From Terriglobia bacterium (lineage in GTDB: Bacteria > Acidobacteriota > Terriglobia > Acidiferrales > UBA7541): a DNA stretch of 64,000 bases. This document shows positions 1-9,999 of the stretch, piece after piece. The notes under the pieces were generated by a model. It was not told where the DNA came from and searched no databases. It saw nothing but the letters and a program-made list of their open reading frames with translations. The translations under genes were made by a program, and so were the position numbers. The DNA lies in contig OY968796.1 in NCBI GenBank assembly GCA_963695545.1, forward strand, positions 1 through 64,000. Direction: 5' to 3'. Position 1 is the stretch's first letter; the number at the start of each line of letters is the position of its first letter.

Positions 1-831
1 CTTTCGCTGTTCGACGACAGCCCTGCCGTGAAGCGGACATTCTGTCCACCGGCGCAGTGCTATGACCCCCAGGCAAACGCCGATTTCAAGTACGGCAAGC
101 CCTTGCCTTCGTTCAAATGGCTCATCGAGAACGGTAAGGTCTGCGCGCTGAACTTTCCTATTGGCATGAACGCGGGCCTAGCAAAAGCCATCGGCGTAAT
201 GATGAAACTCGACTTCGAACGGTCCATGTTGAACCGGGTCCCCGAAATGGAGGCCACCCCGACCGCCATTTCCGTGAGGTTCTATTCATGTGTGACGAGT
301 ACCAGCATTTCGCCACCGTTGGTGAAAGCGAGCCAACGGGCGACGAGAAGTTCTTCAGTCTCTCCCGACAGCCGAAGTGCATCCCAATTGTCGCTACCCA
401 AAGCATCAGTTCTCTAAAGTCCGCTTTGCCCGGTGAAACATGGCGCACACTCTTGCAGACATTCCGCACGAAGATATTCCTCGCACTCTCGGATGATTTC
501 TCTGCCAGAACCGCCAGCGAGCTGTGCGGACGCGAAGACAAGCTCAAGGTCAGTTACAACCTCTCCGAGAGTGGGCACGACGCCCGTGTAAGCCTGCTCA
601 CAGGAAAGGCGTTGTCGCACAAGTCGAACATTACGGCCTCGAAGAGCTACAACACGCAGGTCGATTTTCGGTTCGACATGAAGACGTTCACGGAACTCCG
701 CAACGCGCAATCCGTGACCATCGCATATGACGGCACGAATCCCGATGCCGCCGATGTTTTGCTACTTGAAGCCGTACTTCAACGACGCGAACAAATCCTA
801 CTTTCGGCAGCTCGCAGACGGAGAACTCTGA
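1..831 (+). CDS. VirD4/TraG-like type IV coupling protein, C-terminal part (5' end outside window; apparent frameshifts)
   Basis: ORFs 28..417 and 288.. give 'CDEYQHFA' (Walker B-like), 'IVATQSISSL' and 'TASELCG'. Likely stop TGA 829-831 overlaps the next ATG. Confidence 0.75.
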
Positions 832-1802
832 TGAACGGATTCGAGATGATCCTTCCATTCCTGAAGCCCATCGAGCACTTGATCCTGGATGACTCCATCA
901 GCGAGGTCATGGTGAACGGCTCAGATCGCGTGTTCGTCGAGAAGGCCGGTTTCGTCGAGGAGGTCCACGGGCTCTCGATTGGGGAAAAGTCCCTGATGGT
1001 CGCGGTAAAGAATATCGCTCGTCGTCTCGGTGATGATATTTCGGAGTCTAAGCCGATTCTCGACTCACGTCTGCCTGACGGCAGCCGCGTCGCGGCTGTA
1101 ATCCCTCCGTGCAGTTTGAACGGGGTGACACTCACCATTCGAAAATTCAATTCTCGCCACTTTGGGATCGAGGACCTAATTAAGGTGGGGACGCTTGAGA
1201 GATCACTTGCGAACCAGCTTGAGAACTTCGTCCTGGCCCGCAAGAACATTCTCATTACGGGTGGGACCGGCACGGGTAAAACAACGCTCGTAAATATCCT
1301 CGGGAAATTCATTCCCCCCGACGAGAGAATTCTTCTCATCGAAGACACCTCCGAAATTCAGATGGGTCAGGACAATCTCGTTCGTTTCGAGGCGCGGCAG
1401 CCACAGAACGGCCTGCCCGCAGTAAGCATCCGCGATCTGCTGAAGGCAGCCCTAAGGCACCGCCCGGACCGGATTATTCTTGGTGAGATACGCGGCGGCG
1501 AAGCGTTCGATCTCTTGCAGCTTCTCAATACAGGTCATTCTGGCAGCCTCTCGACCGTCCATGCAACGTCTGCCAAGCAAGGTCTCGCCCGGTTTACGAG
1601 TTGCGTCCTTCAGAGCGGGGTTGAACTCCCGTATCGGGCGATCAAGAGCAATATCGGCGATTCTCTCAACGTTGTAGTGCAACTCGAACGGCGGCCCGGT
1701 AGGCGTTTCATTTCGGAGGTGCTCGAAATCCATCGATATGACCCCGACGCCGACGAATTCGAATTCTCCGCGATATACCAGAAGCACGAGGAACTTCGAT
1801 GA
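831..1802 (+). CDS. VirB11/TrbB/CpaF-family secretion ATPase
   Basis: Walker A GGTGTGKTT, IEDTSE, RHRPDRIILGEIRG, NTGHSGSLSTVH. Fusion to the upstream ORF in the track is probably an indel artefact. Confidence 0.9.
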   Translation: MNGFEMILPFLKPIEHLILDDSISEVMVNGSDRVFVEKAGFVEEVHGLSIGEKSLMVAVKNIARRLGDDISESKPILDSRLPDGSRVAAVIPPCSLNGVTLTIRKFNSRHFGIEDLIKVGTLERSLANQLENFVLARKNILITGGTGTGKTTLVNILGKFIPPDERILLIEDTSEIQMGQDNLVRFEARQPQNGLPAVSIRDLLKAALRHRPDRIILGEIRGGEAFDLLQLLNTGHSGSLSTVHATSAKQGLARFTSCVLQSGVELPYRAIKSNIGDSLNVVVQLERRPGRRFISEVLEIHRYDPDADEFEFSAIYQKHEELR

Positions 1803-2715
1803 CTGAAACTGACAATCCAAAACGATCCGTCTCCAGCAGCATCGGAGTATATCAGCGACAATTTCAAGCCTTCAGACCGCATTGCAGTTCTGGTTCTGAA
1901 TCGGAATCTAGGCGAAACCACGCAACGCATCACGACGGCACAGAAGGCGGCCAGCCCTGAATTCCAGGCATGGCTCCGCTACAAGAACGCAAATGGTGCT
2001 GACATCTACGTGGGGATGAATCCCCTAAAGCAGGATGCATCGACTCGAACTAAGGACGACATCGAAACGATCAGGCATCTATATCTTGATCTGGACCACG
2101 GCGGGTCCGCCGGTCTTGAAGCAATTAAGAACTCCGATTTGGTCCCACAACCGAACTACGTACTGAACACGTCACCAGAGAAATTCCAAGTCATCTGGAA
2201 AGTCGAGGGAATCACGCCCGAAGAGGCGGAGGACTTTGCAGCATGCCATGGTCAGAGAGTTCGCCGGTGATCCGGCAGCAACAGATTCTACACGCGTCCT
2301 CCGATTGCCCGGTTTCGCAAACAAAAAATATGATCAAGATTTCTACGTCCAGGCTCGTTCGGAATCGACGCAGACATACCACCTTCGGGATTTCAAGGTT
2401 CCGATTGATTCACAGGAAGCCCCCCGACACCACAATGAAGAAGCTGCTCGCAGCCATCGCGCTCCCGGTACCACACTGAGCCAATCGGAGCATGATTGGG
2501 CCTATGCTAAACGCGCCCTAGCTCGTGGTGACGAGCCAGAAGAAATCATTCGGAGAATTGCTGATTTCCGCTCTGAGGATAAACCATCCCCCGAATACTA
2601 TGCCCGGCACACCGTAATGAACGCCCAGGCGGAGTTACAACGCAAAGCGGCCAGCACCGAAGTCGCTTTCGCAGAACTGACACCTGGAAATGACCTCCAC
2701 TCAGGACCGGAGTGA
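1799..2715 (+). CDS. RepB-type DNA primase domain protein (frameshifted)
   Basis: 'IYVGMNPL..HLYLDLD..VLNTSPEKFQVIW..GDPAATDSTRVLRLPGF' plus a C-terminal helical 'SQSEHDWAYA..YYARHTV' segment, spread over several frames. Confidence 0.7.
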
Positions 2716-2957
2716 AATGCCATGAGTCATCAAGCCTTCGTCGAACCTCACGGAGAAGCTTCTATGTCCTCGAAGAATGTCCGCTAACAGTCAGAGAAGC
2801 AGCCAAATATCTTGGCGTGAGCCCACAGACGGTATATCTTTGGGTTGAGCGAAAGCAGATTCCCCATCTCCGCGTAATGGGTCGCAATATCCGGTTCCTC
2901 AAATCGGATCTCGAAACATTCCGCGCGTCCTTCAAACAGGAGATGGAGAATGCCTAG
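2712..2957 (+). CDS. Excisionase-like HTH (HTH_17) protein
   Basis: LTVREAAKYLGVSPQTVYLWVERKQIPHLRV..IRF, directly upstream of the integrase; true start probably near 2764. Confidence 0.85.
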   Translation: MKCHESSSLRRTSRRSFYVLEECPLTVREAAKYLGVSPQTVYLWVERKQIPHLRVMGRNIRFLKSDLETFRASFKQEMENA

Positions 2958-4198
2958 AGCACGCAAGTACGACGGTGTGGTCTATCGGCGGGCTGGCACC
3001 GAAATCTGGTGGATTCGCTATCGGGATCGCAAGGGCGTTGCCCGAAGAGAGTCAAGCCTAACCGCTGATTGGCAGGAAGCAAATAAAAGGCTCAGAGAAA
3101 GACTTCAGGCGAGAGACGACAATCTCCTTGAGGTTGTACGAAAGGGCGAGAGCTTGGCTTACGGACAATGGGCGGATTTTTTCTTGGAGAACTATTCCAA
3201 GCCACCCGTGCGTGCTGAGAAGACACACGAAGCGAACGAAGGTGCATAAAACACCTCAAGGGTGCTTTTGGTATAAGCAGATTGGTGGACATCACCGCGG
3301 ATTCGATCGAGATTTATCTTCGTGAACGTCTTCGGCAGCGAGTTCGTGTCAAGGTCAAGCTCGGCTACAAACTACTAGGGGCGATCAAGTCCACCACGAT
3401 ACATCAGGAGTTTAGAGTCCTCCGGCGTATGCTCAACGTGGCGGTGCGGAAGAAACTCCTAGTAGCGAACCCGTGTTCAGGCGTTGAATTCCCGGTTGCT
3501 GTGAAGGGTCTGTTCAGACCTCACTACGTCGCATGGTCTGAGCAGCAAAAGATCGAACTCACGGCCCGCAGCATTTGCGGAACATCATTCGAATCATCAC
3601 GGAGACCGGTTTGAGGGTCTACAAGGAACTGACTCCGATGAAGAAGGACCAAGTGGACCTGCACAAACGCGGTTGTCTGGATACCGGATTCAAAGACTCC
3701 GAACGGAATCGCCGAGGTTCCACTCACTTCCCTTGCCATTGAAGCATTCAAGAGTCAAATGTCAATTGCGGGAGACGGACCGTTTCTGTTTCCCAGCGAT
3801 CGGAATCCGACCGGGCACCAAGAAGACGTTGAAGACTGTTTGGCAAAAAACTCTCCGACGAGCAAAGGTCCCTTACTTTCGGATTTACGATTTGCGATCC
3901 ACGTATGCCACACGGCTCAGTGCGGGCGGCGTAGCCGATGAGTGGGTGACACAATTGCTTCGCCAAAGCGATGCGCAAGTCTTCAAGAAGCTATTCACAA
4001 ATGAAGATGCAGATGAAGCGGGAAGCGATGGAGAAAGCTCAACCGTCGAGCCAACGAAATGGCACCTGTCGCCGCGACGTTCTGGTGGCGCCAATGTGCA
4101 CAGTCACGGTGCAAAACCCTCATTTGTGCACAGTTCGTGGCACAGTCGGAGGCAAAAACATGGTACGGACTAGGAGTAAATGTTGGAAAGTGCTTTAG
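2950..4198 (+). CDS. Tyrosine recombinase/integrase of the left element (several frameshifts; 3' end uncertain)
   Basis: N-terminal WWIRYRD, 'TETGLR', 'SKTPNG', 'FRIYDLRSTYATRL' split across ORFs 2950, 3282, 3673 and 3971; ends just before the tRNA. Confidence 0.85.
4095..4146 (+). repeat. Three direct GCACAGT repeats, putative arm-type sites of the left integrase
   Basis: TGTGCACAGT at 4095 and 4125, GGCACAGT at 4139, between the integrase catalytic region and the tRNA. Confidence 0.5.
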
Positions 4199-4219
4199 AA
4201 TGAATCACGCACTTCATGT

Positions 4220-4296
4220 CGGGGCGTAGCGCAGCCTGGTAGCGCGCCTGCCTTGGGCGCAGGAGGTCTCCGGTTCAAATCCGGACGCCCCGACCA
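4220..4296 (+). tRNA. tRNA-Pro (TGG); attL of the right island
   Basis: Cloverleaf CGGGGCG/CGCCCCG, D arm, anticodon loop CTTGGGC, T loop TTCAAAT, encoded CCA. Confidence 0.97.
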
Positions 4297-4311
4297 CTAA
4301 CTCCTGATTTT

Positions 4312-5493
4312 TCAATTCACTCTTGTTGATGCCGGTTGCCTCGAAGCCTGAACTTGGGTCCATTTGGGTCCAAATACAAGCCTCTCGACGCTCTCTACTG
4401 CACGACGCTGCTCTTCCGGGATCGCGTGCAAATAAATCTCGCGCGTGATTTCCGGCGTGGAATGGCCCAGGAGCGATTGCATCGTCCCTATTGGCGTGCC
4501 CACGGAATCGAGCATCGTCGCGTGGCTATGTCTCAGAAGGTGCCAGGTGACACCAGGAAGCCCTAGCTTCTTTGCGACTGGCTTCAGGTGCTTGCGCAAG
4601 AGATTCCATCGCTCCAGCGGCAATCCCTCGCGTGTGGCAAATACTAAAGCTCTTGCATCAACAGCGGCGGGACGGATGGCAGCAAAGATTTCTGCCGTCT
4701 CCGTTCCAATCGGAATGGTTCGCGCACTGCGTTTCGTCTTGGGCTGATCGAAATGCCCGTCATACACCGTTTCGCAAACACGGAGCATGCGAGCATTCAA
4801 ATCGACATTTCCCCAGCGAAGCGCAAGCAACTCTCCTACACGCAATCCCGTCAGCACCAGTAGCAACGTGACCGAGCGTGCGGGTTCATTCAGCGCCGCA
4901 GCTATGTCTCGCACCTGGACCGGAGTGAGGACAACCCGCTCCGTTCCATGCTGCCGCCGTGGGAGTTTCGTCTTCTGAGCGACGTTCTCGGCTATGTAGC
5001 CCCACTCCTCGGCTGCTCCGAGAATCTTGCTCAGACCACACTTAAAGTGGTGAACGGTTTCCCACGCTAACCCATTGCTTAGTTTTCGGCTGAGGAAGCT
5101 TTGCAACTCTTCTCGCGTAAGCTCCCGAAGCTGTCTCTGGCCGAAAGCTGGATTGAGATGCACGTCGAGCATGTACCGATAGTGCTTCTGGGTTGCGTAT
5201 TTGAGCGTTGGCAAAACCACAGGCGTCCAATCGTCCTTGACGAAATCGCCAAATGTACGGACGGACTGCGGTCGTGCCTTACCGTTGTTGATCGACCCTA
5301 ACCTCTGAGACAGTACCTGCATAGCCAAGCGGCGCGTCGGAAATTCTGCGACGGTCCCGATCACTTCGGATCGCCTCAGTCTGCCGAGCGTGCCGTTTGC
5401 TTGAATTACATCCTCCCACCAGCGTGCCACCCAAAGCTTTCTCCGAGTGCCGCGCTGGAAAAGCGATCCTTGCTGGAAACCTCTTCGAGCCAT
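4312..5493 (-). CDS. Tyrosine integrase (intact)
   Basis: GGAGG RBS before MARRGFQQG; catalytic GLRVGE, PKT, HLLRHS, LGHS, EIY. Confidence 0.95.
   Translation of the reverse strand: MARRGFQQGSLFQRGTRRKLWVARWWEDVIQANGTLGRLRRSEVIGTVAEFPTRRLAMQVLSQRLGSINNGKARPQSVRTFGDFVKDDWTPVVLPTLKYATQKHYRYMLDVHLNPAFGQRQLRELTREELQSFLSRKLSNGLAWETVHHFKCGLSKILGAAEEWGYIAENVAQKTKLPRRQHGTERVVLTPVQVRDIAAALNEPARSVTLLLVLTGLRVGELLALRWGNVDLNARMLRVCETVYDGHFDQPKTKRSARTIPIGTETAEIFAAIRPAAVDARALVFATREGLPLERWNLLRKHLKPVAKKLGLPGVTWHLLRHSHATMLDSVGTPIGTMQSLLGHSTPEITREIYLHAIPEEQRRAVESVERLVFGPKWTQVQASRQPASTRVN
4351..4377 (+). repeat. Tandem TTGGGTCCA repeat, putative arm-type site (left end)
   Basis: AACTTGGGTCCATTTGGGTCCAAATAC; near-identical copy at 20059-20086. 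Confidence 0.7.
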
Positions 5494-5554
5494 CGTTCCT
5501 CCATGGATGGCCCGTCCAGCTTGTTCTGTGTCGCTTCTGAGTGTAGTCCGCATG

Positions 5555-5972
5555 TCAAGCAACATGCGAGTCGCGCCGTTGGGACTCGACCCACGCCAGC
5601 ACTTCGTCCTGCCGGAAACGCCAGTACTTTCCAAGCCGGTAACATGGTATTCGCTCCAAGGATCGCTTGCGCATGCGTCCATAGACCCAAGACACAGGAA
5701 CCTGCAACAGCTTGGCTACTTCGTGGACCGTCAGAAGGTGGCTTTCCTTGTCTTTCTTCTCCCACTGTGGCCGCGGTGTATGCGGCATTGTTTGGCGATC
5801 TGGTTGACGATTCTTGCGGGGATGATGCCGATAGAAGTGGTACATCCTCTCGTGAGGCCGGTGACGACCCAACGGATTGAGCTGGAAACGAACGCACTGC
5901 AAAGCGCGGGGCATGCTGTCTTGGGGACGCTGTATTCTCGCGCACGTCGAATTTGGTTGGACGAGGCTTCAT
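5555..5972 (-). CDS. Excisionase-like HTH_17 protein (probable frameshift near N-terminus)
   Basis: LLTVHEVAKLLQVPVSWVY..IPCYRLGKYWRFRQDEVLAWV, upstream of the integrase. Confidence 0.8.
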
Positions 5973-5977
5973 GGTTG

Positions 5978-6227
5978 TTACGCGGTCTTCGTAAGAACGT
6001 CTCCTCTGATTTGCTGCTGGTTGATGTTGTTCGGGATGTTCGCCCAGCCAGCGTTTGAACTCGTCATCCCGCTTGAACAGGAGCTTGAGCGCTTCACTGA
6101 CGACGTAGGACGCATTTGCGCCGATGAACTCGGCGTATCTGTCCAGGTGGTGTCTGACTTCTTCCTCCAAGCGAACTTGAAGGGTTGTGGTCTTTGGTTG
6201 TTTGGATGGTGCTTTCAATAGTGGCAA
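5978..6227 (-). CDS. Ribbon-helix-helix (CopG-like) small regulator (probable frameshift at 3' end)
   Basis: AGGAGG RBS then TTG; 'TLQVRLEEEVRHHLDRYAEFIGANASYVVSEALK' fits a beta-alpha-alpha pattern. Confidence 0.55.
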
Positions 6228-6292
6228 CGGTTTTCCTCCTTTTCTCTTTTGCGATGTAATACGACTTGCATTACAAACTGTCTGCTCCGATC

Positions 6293-6423
6293 TCTGCACG
6301 CGGACAAAACACGGCCACGCAACAGCGTGACGGGCGGGAGCGACCCCACGACCTTTTGGGCGGCTGAAAGCCGCACAAGGTGGGGTCGCTCCCGCCCATC
6401 CGAGTGTTTTGTCCGCGTGCAGA
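6293..6423. other. Large branched inverted repeat (candidate origin of transfer/replication or structured RNA)
   Basis: Perfect 20-bp (6293-6312/6404-6423) and 18-bp (6332-6349/6380-6397) stems, side hairpin 6316-6329, apical GCGGC-TGAAA-GCCGC. Confidence 0.75.
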
Positions 6424-6438
6424 TGTCACCTGCTTCAT

Positions 6439-7516
6439 TTACGCATCCGCCGTTCTTTGAAGAGTCTGCGGTTGGCTTGTGGGTGACTCTGGGACTCGGG
6501 CCGCACCTGAAGTACCGCGTATCTGTGAGCCGTCACCCCATCTTTTCCTGCTGTCGCCGAATACCGCTTCCTGGCCCGGCACGGTGACAGCCCGGAACAA
6601 GACTTTTTGTGCGTTTGTTCTAGTCGTTGCTGATTCAGCCCGCAAGTCATTCGGCAACTGGTTTCGCCTCCACAGACGGAAGAGAGTGCCGAATATCTCT
6701 CCGTTGAAACGCTTCCCCGCCTCGTGCCGAAAGATCAGGTCGTCCTCTGTGAGTAGCCCGTATTTCCGGTTGTCCCACTTGGTTTGGACATCGAAGTAGC
6801 GAGCCAAATCCGAGAGGCCCTTGGCTTCCACAAGGAGCGAAAAAAGCTCCGCCGCTTCATTCTGGAGGCCCGCCGCCGTTGAAACGTAGATGAATTGGAA
6901 GCTCGGAAGCTGCCGGAACAGAGGCCGGTAAGTACGCAAGTGCGCGATGTATCGGTCGAGGTTTCGATGCTCGGGATCAACGTAGGTAAAAGTCACCACA
7001 GGCATGAAATCGGGAGAGGGATAGGCCACGCAAAGAGGAAATCCCTCGGAGAACATGATGCCTTTGCCATGCTCGTTGGAAGGAGAAAACAAACTCTCGC
7101 TGAGTTTGAACCGTTCGACAAGATACCGCCGCTTCTCTTCCGCCGTCTCGAAATAGCGGTCTTCCGGGTTGGCAAGGATGAAATCAAGGGCCAGGAGCCG
7201 CGTCTTGATGTAATGGAGTTCGTGCTCCCTGCGATTGCGGAGATGGGCTTTGCCAATCGCCTCATAAAGCTGGCGAGAACGGAGGTGGTAAACGAGGCTT
7301 CTCCGCATATATCTCTGGGCCGAGGCATGTCCCAAGCCAAACAGCTTCTCGACGAAACGGGCGTTCCGTTTGCCGCTCCGGGCATGCGCTAAAATCAAGG
7401 AACTGCCGCACCGTGAAATAGCCGGAATGCGCTGCGACAAGATAGAGAAACCGCGCTTCGGCTTGGGTATAGCCGAAAGAGCGGAGCTTCGCGAGTTGGG
7501 ATTCGTGAATGCTCAT
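6439..7516 (-). CDS. Island core hypothetical protein with wHTH-like N-terminus, possibly Replic_Relax-related (frameshift near 7390)
   Basis: ORFs 7262..7516 (MSIHESQL..GYTQAEARFLYLVAAHSGYF) and 6439..7440 join into ~358 aa. Confidence 0.55.
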
Positions 7517-7519
7517 GGG

Positions 7520-8513
7520 CTATAGACTGAAGATCGCTGCGCTCAATTCCCGGTCGTCACGGATCCGGCGCAGCCGGTCCGTCTCACCGCGCCGGGCGTA
7601 TATTTGGAAGCCGGCGCGAGCCTTCTGGGAAAGCCCGCGCGGACGGTAATGTTCCGTGGCGAGTTCCAGGTCGCGCCGCTGGATTTCGCTGTCGTTCTCC
7701 CGCAGATACTCGACGCGTAGATCGGGGATCGGAATCTCCCCAGACACAACCTTGAGGTGGTACCGCCGGGCAACTTCCTCCTTCACTGCTTCCGGGTCGC
7801 GGCTCTTATCCTCGGACACACGGGCAAGGCGGGTGTAGAGTTCCCGTTTCATTTCGTAATCGAGCTTGACGCGGAGGACTCTGCCGCCCTGACCTTCGAT
7901 CTCATCGGCTACCTTGTAATAGAGCCGGTAGAGTTCCGCGTCGTGGATAGCCTCTTTGGGCTTCTTGAGTCCGTGGTAGATAGTTTGGTCTGGGCGAAGT
8001 ATTTTGCCGCGAGCGAGAAACTTGCGGCCTTCCTTGGTGAGCGTCACTACCTGGGTTGGGTTGTGTTCGTGTATCGGCAATGCTCGTCGCTTTCACGAGA
8101 CCCTGACGAGCAAGGCTTTCGACATCATTTTCCATGCGCGAGCGGTCGCCGTTGTAAGCGAACTCGGCCAGGTCGTTTGCGGCTACGATCCGGAACTTAC
8201 CAACTTCCGAGAGAGTATGAATCTCAGAATCTCGCAGAGAATAGTCCTTGTCTCGATCCGCGTACTTGGTTCGAGTGCGCTGAGAGAGGGTTGCTTGGAC
8301 GCGTTCTTCACGGGCCAGCGGCGGGCGTTCTCCGCGCGAACGTTGCCGTTCCTCGCGGTCGAGTCGGTCGGCCCTATCTTCCTCGCGGTGGATGTTGTGT
8401 AGGTTGGTGCGAGCGTTCCAGTCGGAAGATGAACTCCGACCTACGTCCCGCCCGGAGTCGGAACCAGAATCGCGAAAGTCGTCGATTTCGAATCCGTCAA
8501 AGCCTCGTGACAT
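7520..8513 (-). CDS. Replication-relaxation (Replic_Relax/MOBC-like) protein (frameshift near 8080)
   Basis: wHTH 'LARQGLV..VVTLTKEGRKFL', then 'HDAELY', 'IPDLRVEY', 'DLELATEHY', a PD..E pattern. Confidence 0.6.
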
Positions 8514-8652
8514 GGCAACCAGCTCCTAACACCTAACGATTAACGAGCGCGCATTCAGAGGAAACAGATGAACGGGGAGGACCGGCGTCGGGCTGTTCGC
8601 GGCTTGAAGAAAGAACGTCGAAGATGTAATCCTTCTGCGCATGTATTACTCG

Positions 8653-8880
8653 CTAGCTTTTGACATTCGCCGACGTTACCGGCCCGCTCTCCTGGTCGAA
8701 AAATATTTCCTCAACGTGCGTCCCGAAAAGCCGTGCAATCTTGATAGCCAAAGGGAGACTCGGATCGTACCTGCCCGTCTCGATGGCATTGATCGTCTGG
8801 CGGGTGACACCAACTCGGGTAGCTAACTCCGCCTGTGACCATTCCACTTCTGCCCTTAAAACGCGTAGGCGAGTTTTCAT
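8653..8880 (-). CDS. XRE-family HTH transcriptional regulator
   Basis: WSQAELATRVGVTRQTINAIETGRYDPSLPLAIKIARLF. Confidence 0.95.
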   Translation of the reverse strand: MKTRLRVLRAEVEWSQAELATRVGVTRQTINAIETGRYDPSLPLAIKIARLFGTHVEEIFFDQESGPVTSANVKS

Positions 8881-9263
8881 CGGTACCGCCAAGAAAAGAC
8901 GATCAGGCCAAGACTCCAGGGGATGAGTAGCAACCCCAAAACACCCAACCAGGAAACATGAGGTGCGCCAAATCCCCTCACGAATCCACCAAAAAGAGAG
9001 ACGGCTAGGGCAAGGATGTAGGCGAAACCCAAGGCTTGGTAGTTGATGCGCGCCTGGCGCTCATCGGCGATTCTCAGGAAGCGAAAGAAGCTCCATACGG
9101 CAAACGCTGCGATGACCATCGTCACTACGCGCGAGACTTCCCGCCAAGCTGAATGCAGATACCCCGTTAGAGCTAGGGCGACTACGAACGCGACGGCGCA
9201 AAGGTAAAATGCGAGAAGTGGACTTCGCTGTTTGAGGTCAATGTCACTGGACTCAGGACTCAT
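8877..9263 (-). CDS. Four-TM membrane protein coupled to the XRE regulator
   Basis: Hydrophobic segments, 'DERQARI' motif, ATGA overlap with the XRE gene. Confidence 0.75.
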   Translation of the reverse strand: MSPESSDIDLKQRSPLLAFYLCAVAFVVALALTGYLHSAWREVSRVVTMVIAAFAVWSFFRFLRIADERQARINYQALGFAYILALAVSLFGGFVRGFGAPHVSWLGVLGLLLIPWSLGLIVFSWRYR

Positions 9264-9289
9264 TTGGACACCCCTTGAATGCGACGCAA

Positions 9290-9318
9290 ATGTTAAAGCA
9301 TATTTGTCTATATGTCAA
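9290..9318 (-). promoter_or_regulatory. Sigma70-like promoter for the membrane protein-XRE operon
   Basis: TTGACA-17-TAACAT on the minus strand. Confidence 0.6.
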
Positions 9319-9399
9319 GTATACTGTTCCTATGGACTGGCACGCTAGTCTTAATATGGACTCCCTAGAAGCCCTCCATCTGCCCGCGCAGTCGATCTC

Positions 9400-9428
9400 T
9401 TGACAAGTATCAAATTACAGCCTAATAT
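9400..9428 (+). promoter_or_regulatory. Sigma70-like promoter for the TA operon
   Basis: TTGACA-17-TAATAT. Confidence 0.65.
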
Positions 9429-9450
9429 TTAGATGCTAATTGGAGGAGAC

Positions 9451-9999
9451 ATGCCAAGGCAGGGACTAAAGCTAAAGCAAGCGAGTGCGGTCCTACAAAT
9501 GCATCCGAAGGAACTGCAGAACCTCGTCCAATTCGGCGTCGTGAAACCCAAGCGGTCGGAGGGAACGTATTTCTTCGACACGAACGCCCTTTTGGTAGCC
9601 AAGGTCGCCTCTTACTTAAAAGAGTCCTTGGGCACACGCACGAGTGTGCTTTCCAAGTTGATGGAGGTGTTCAGCGCGTGTGAAGAGAAGCTCAAATCAG
9701 AAAATCCGAAGTACATAATCTTCAGTTGTAGACTCGCGGAGGAGGAAGAGCCAATCAAGCTAGGAGTGCCGTTTCGAACCTTTGGGGAACAGATTGAGGA
9801 ACGAATGGGCAGAGCTGATCTCTACAAGGACCTGCCGCGTGGGAGAAAACGTCGGGGTTGGAAAAAGGAGTTTCTGGAATCGCTAACCGAGGCCGCAAGA
9901 GACATCGGAGAGGTATCCGAAGAAGAAATCTTGCGCACGGTTCGCGGCTATCGTAAAGAGAGACGTGCGCCAGAGATCACCGTTGCCGCAGAAAGTTAG
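9451..9999 (+). CDS. MerR-like HTH protein, putative antitoxin
   Basis: 'LKQASAVLQMHPKELQNLVQFGVVKP' HTH; C-terminal 'SEEEILRTVRGYR'; overlaps the PIN gene. Confidence 0.65.
   Translation: MPRQGLKLKQASAVLQMHPKELQNLVQFGVVKPKRSEGTYFFDTNALLVAKVASYLKESLGTRTSVLSKLMEVFSACEEKLKSENPKYIIFSCRLAEEEEPIKLGVPFRTFGEQIEERMGRADLYKDLPRGRKRRGWKKEFLESLTEAARDIGEVSEEEILRTVRGYRKERRAPEITVAAES

Noticed and set aside
288..1802. VirD4-VirB11 fusion protein
   Set aside because: An indel near 745 shifts the frame; the TGATG overlap at 829-833 indicates two genes.
5406..6299. 297-aa ORF
   Set aside because: Frameshift read-through of the small RHH gene across xis.
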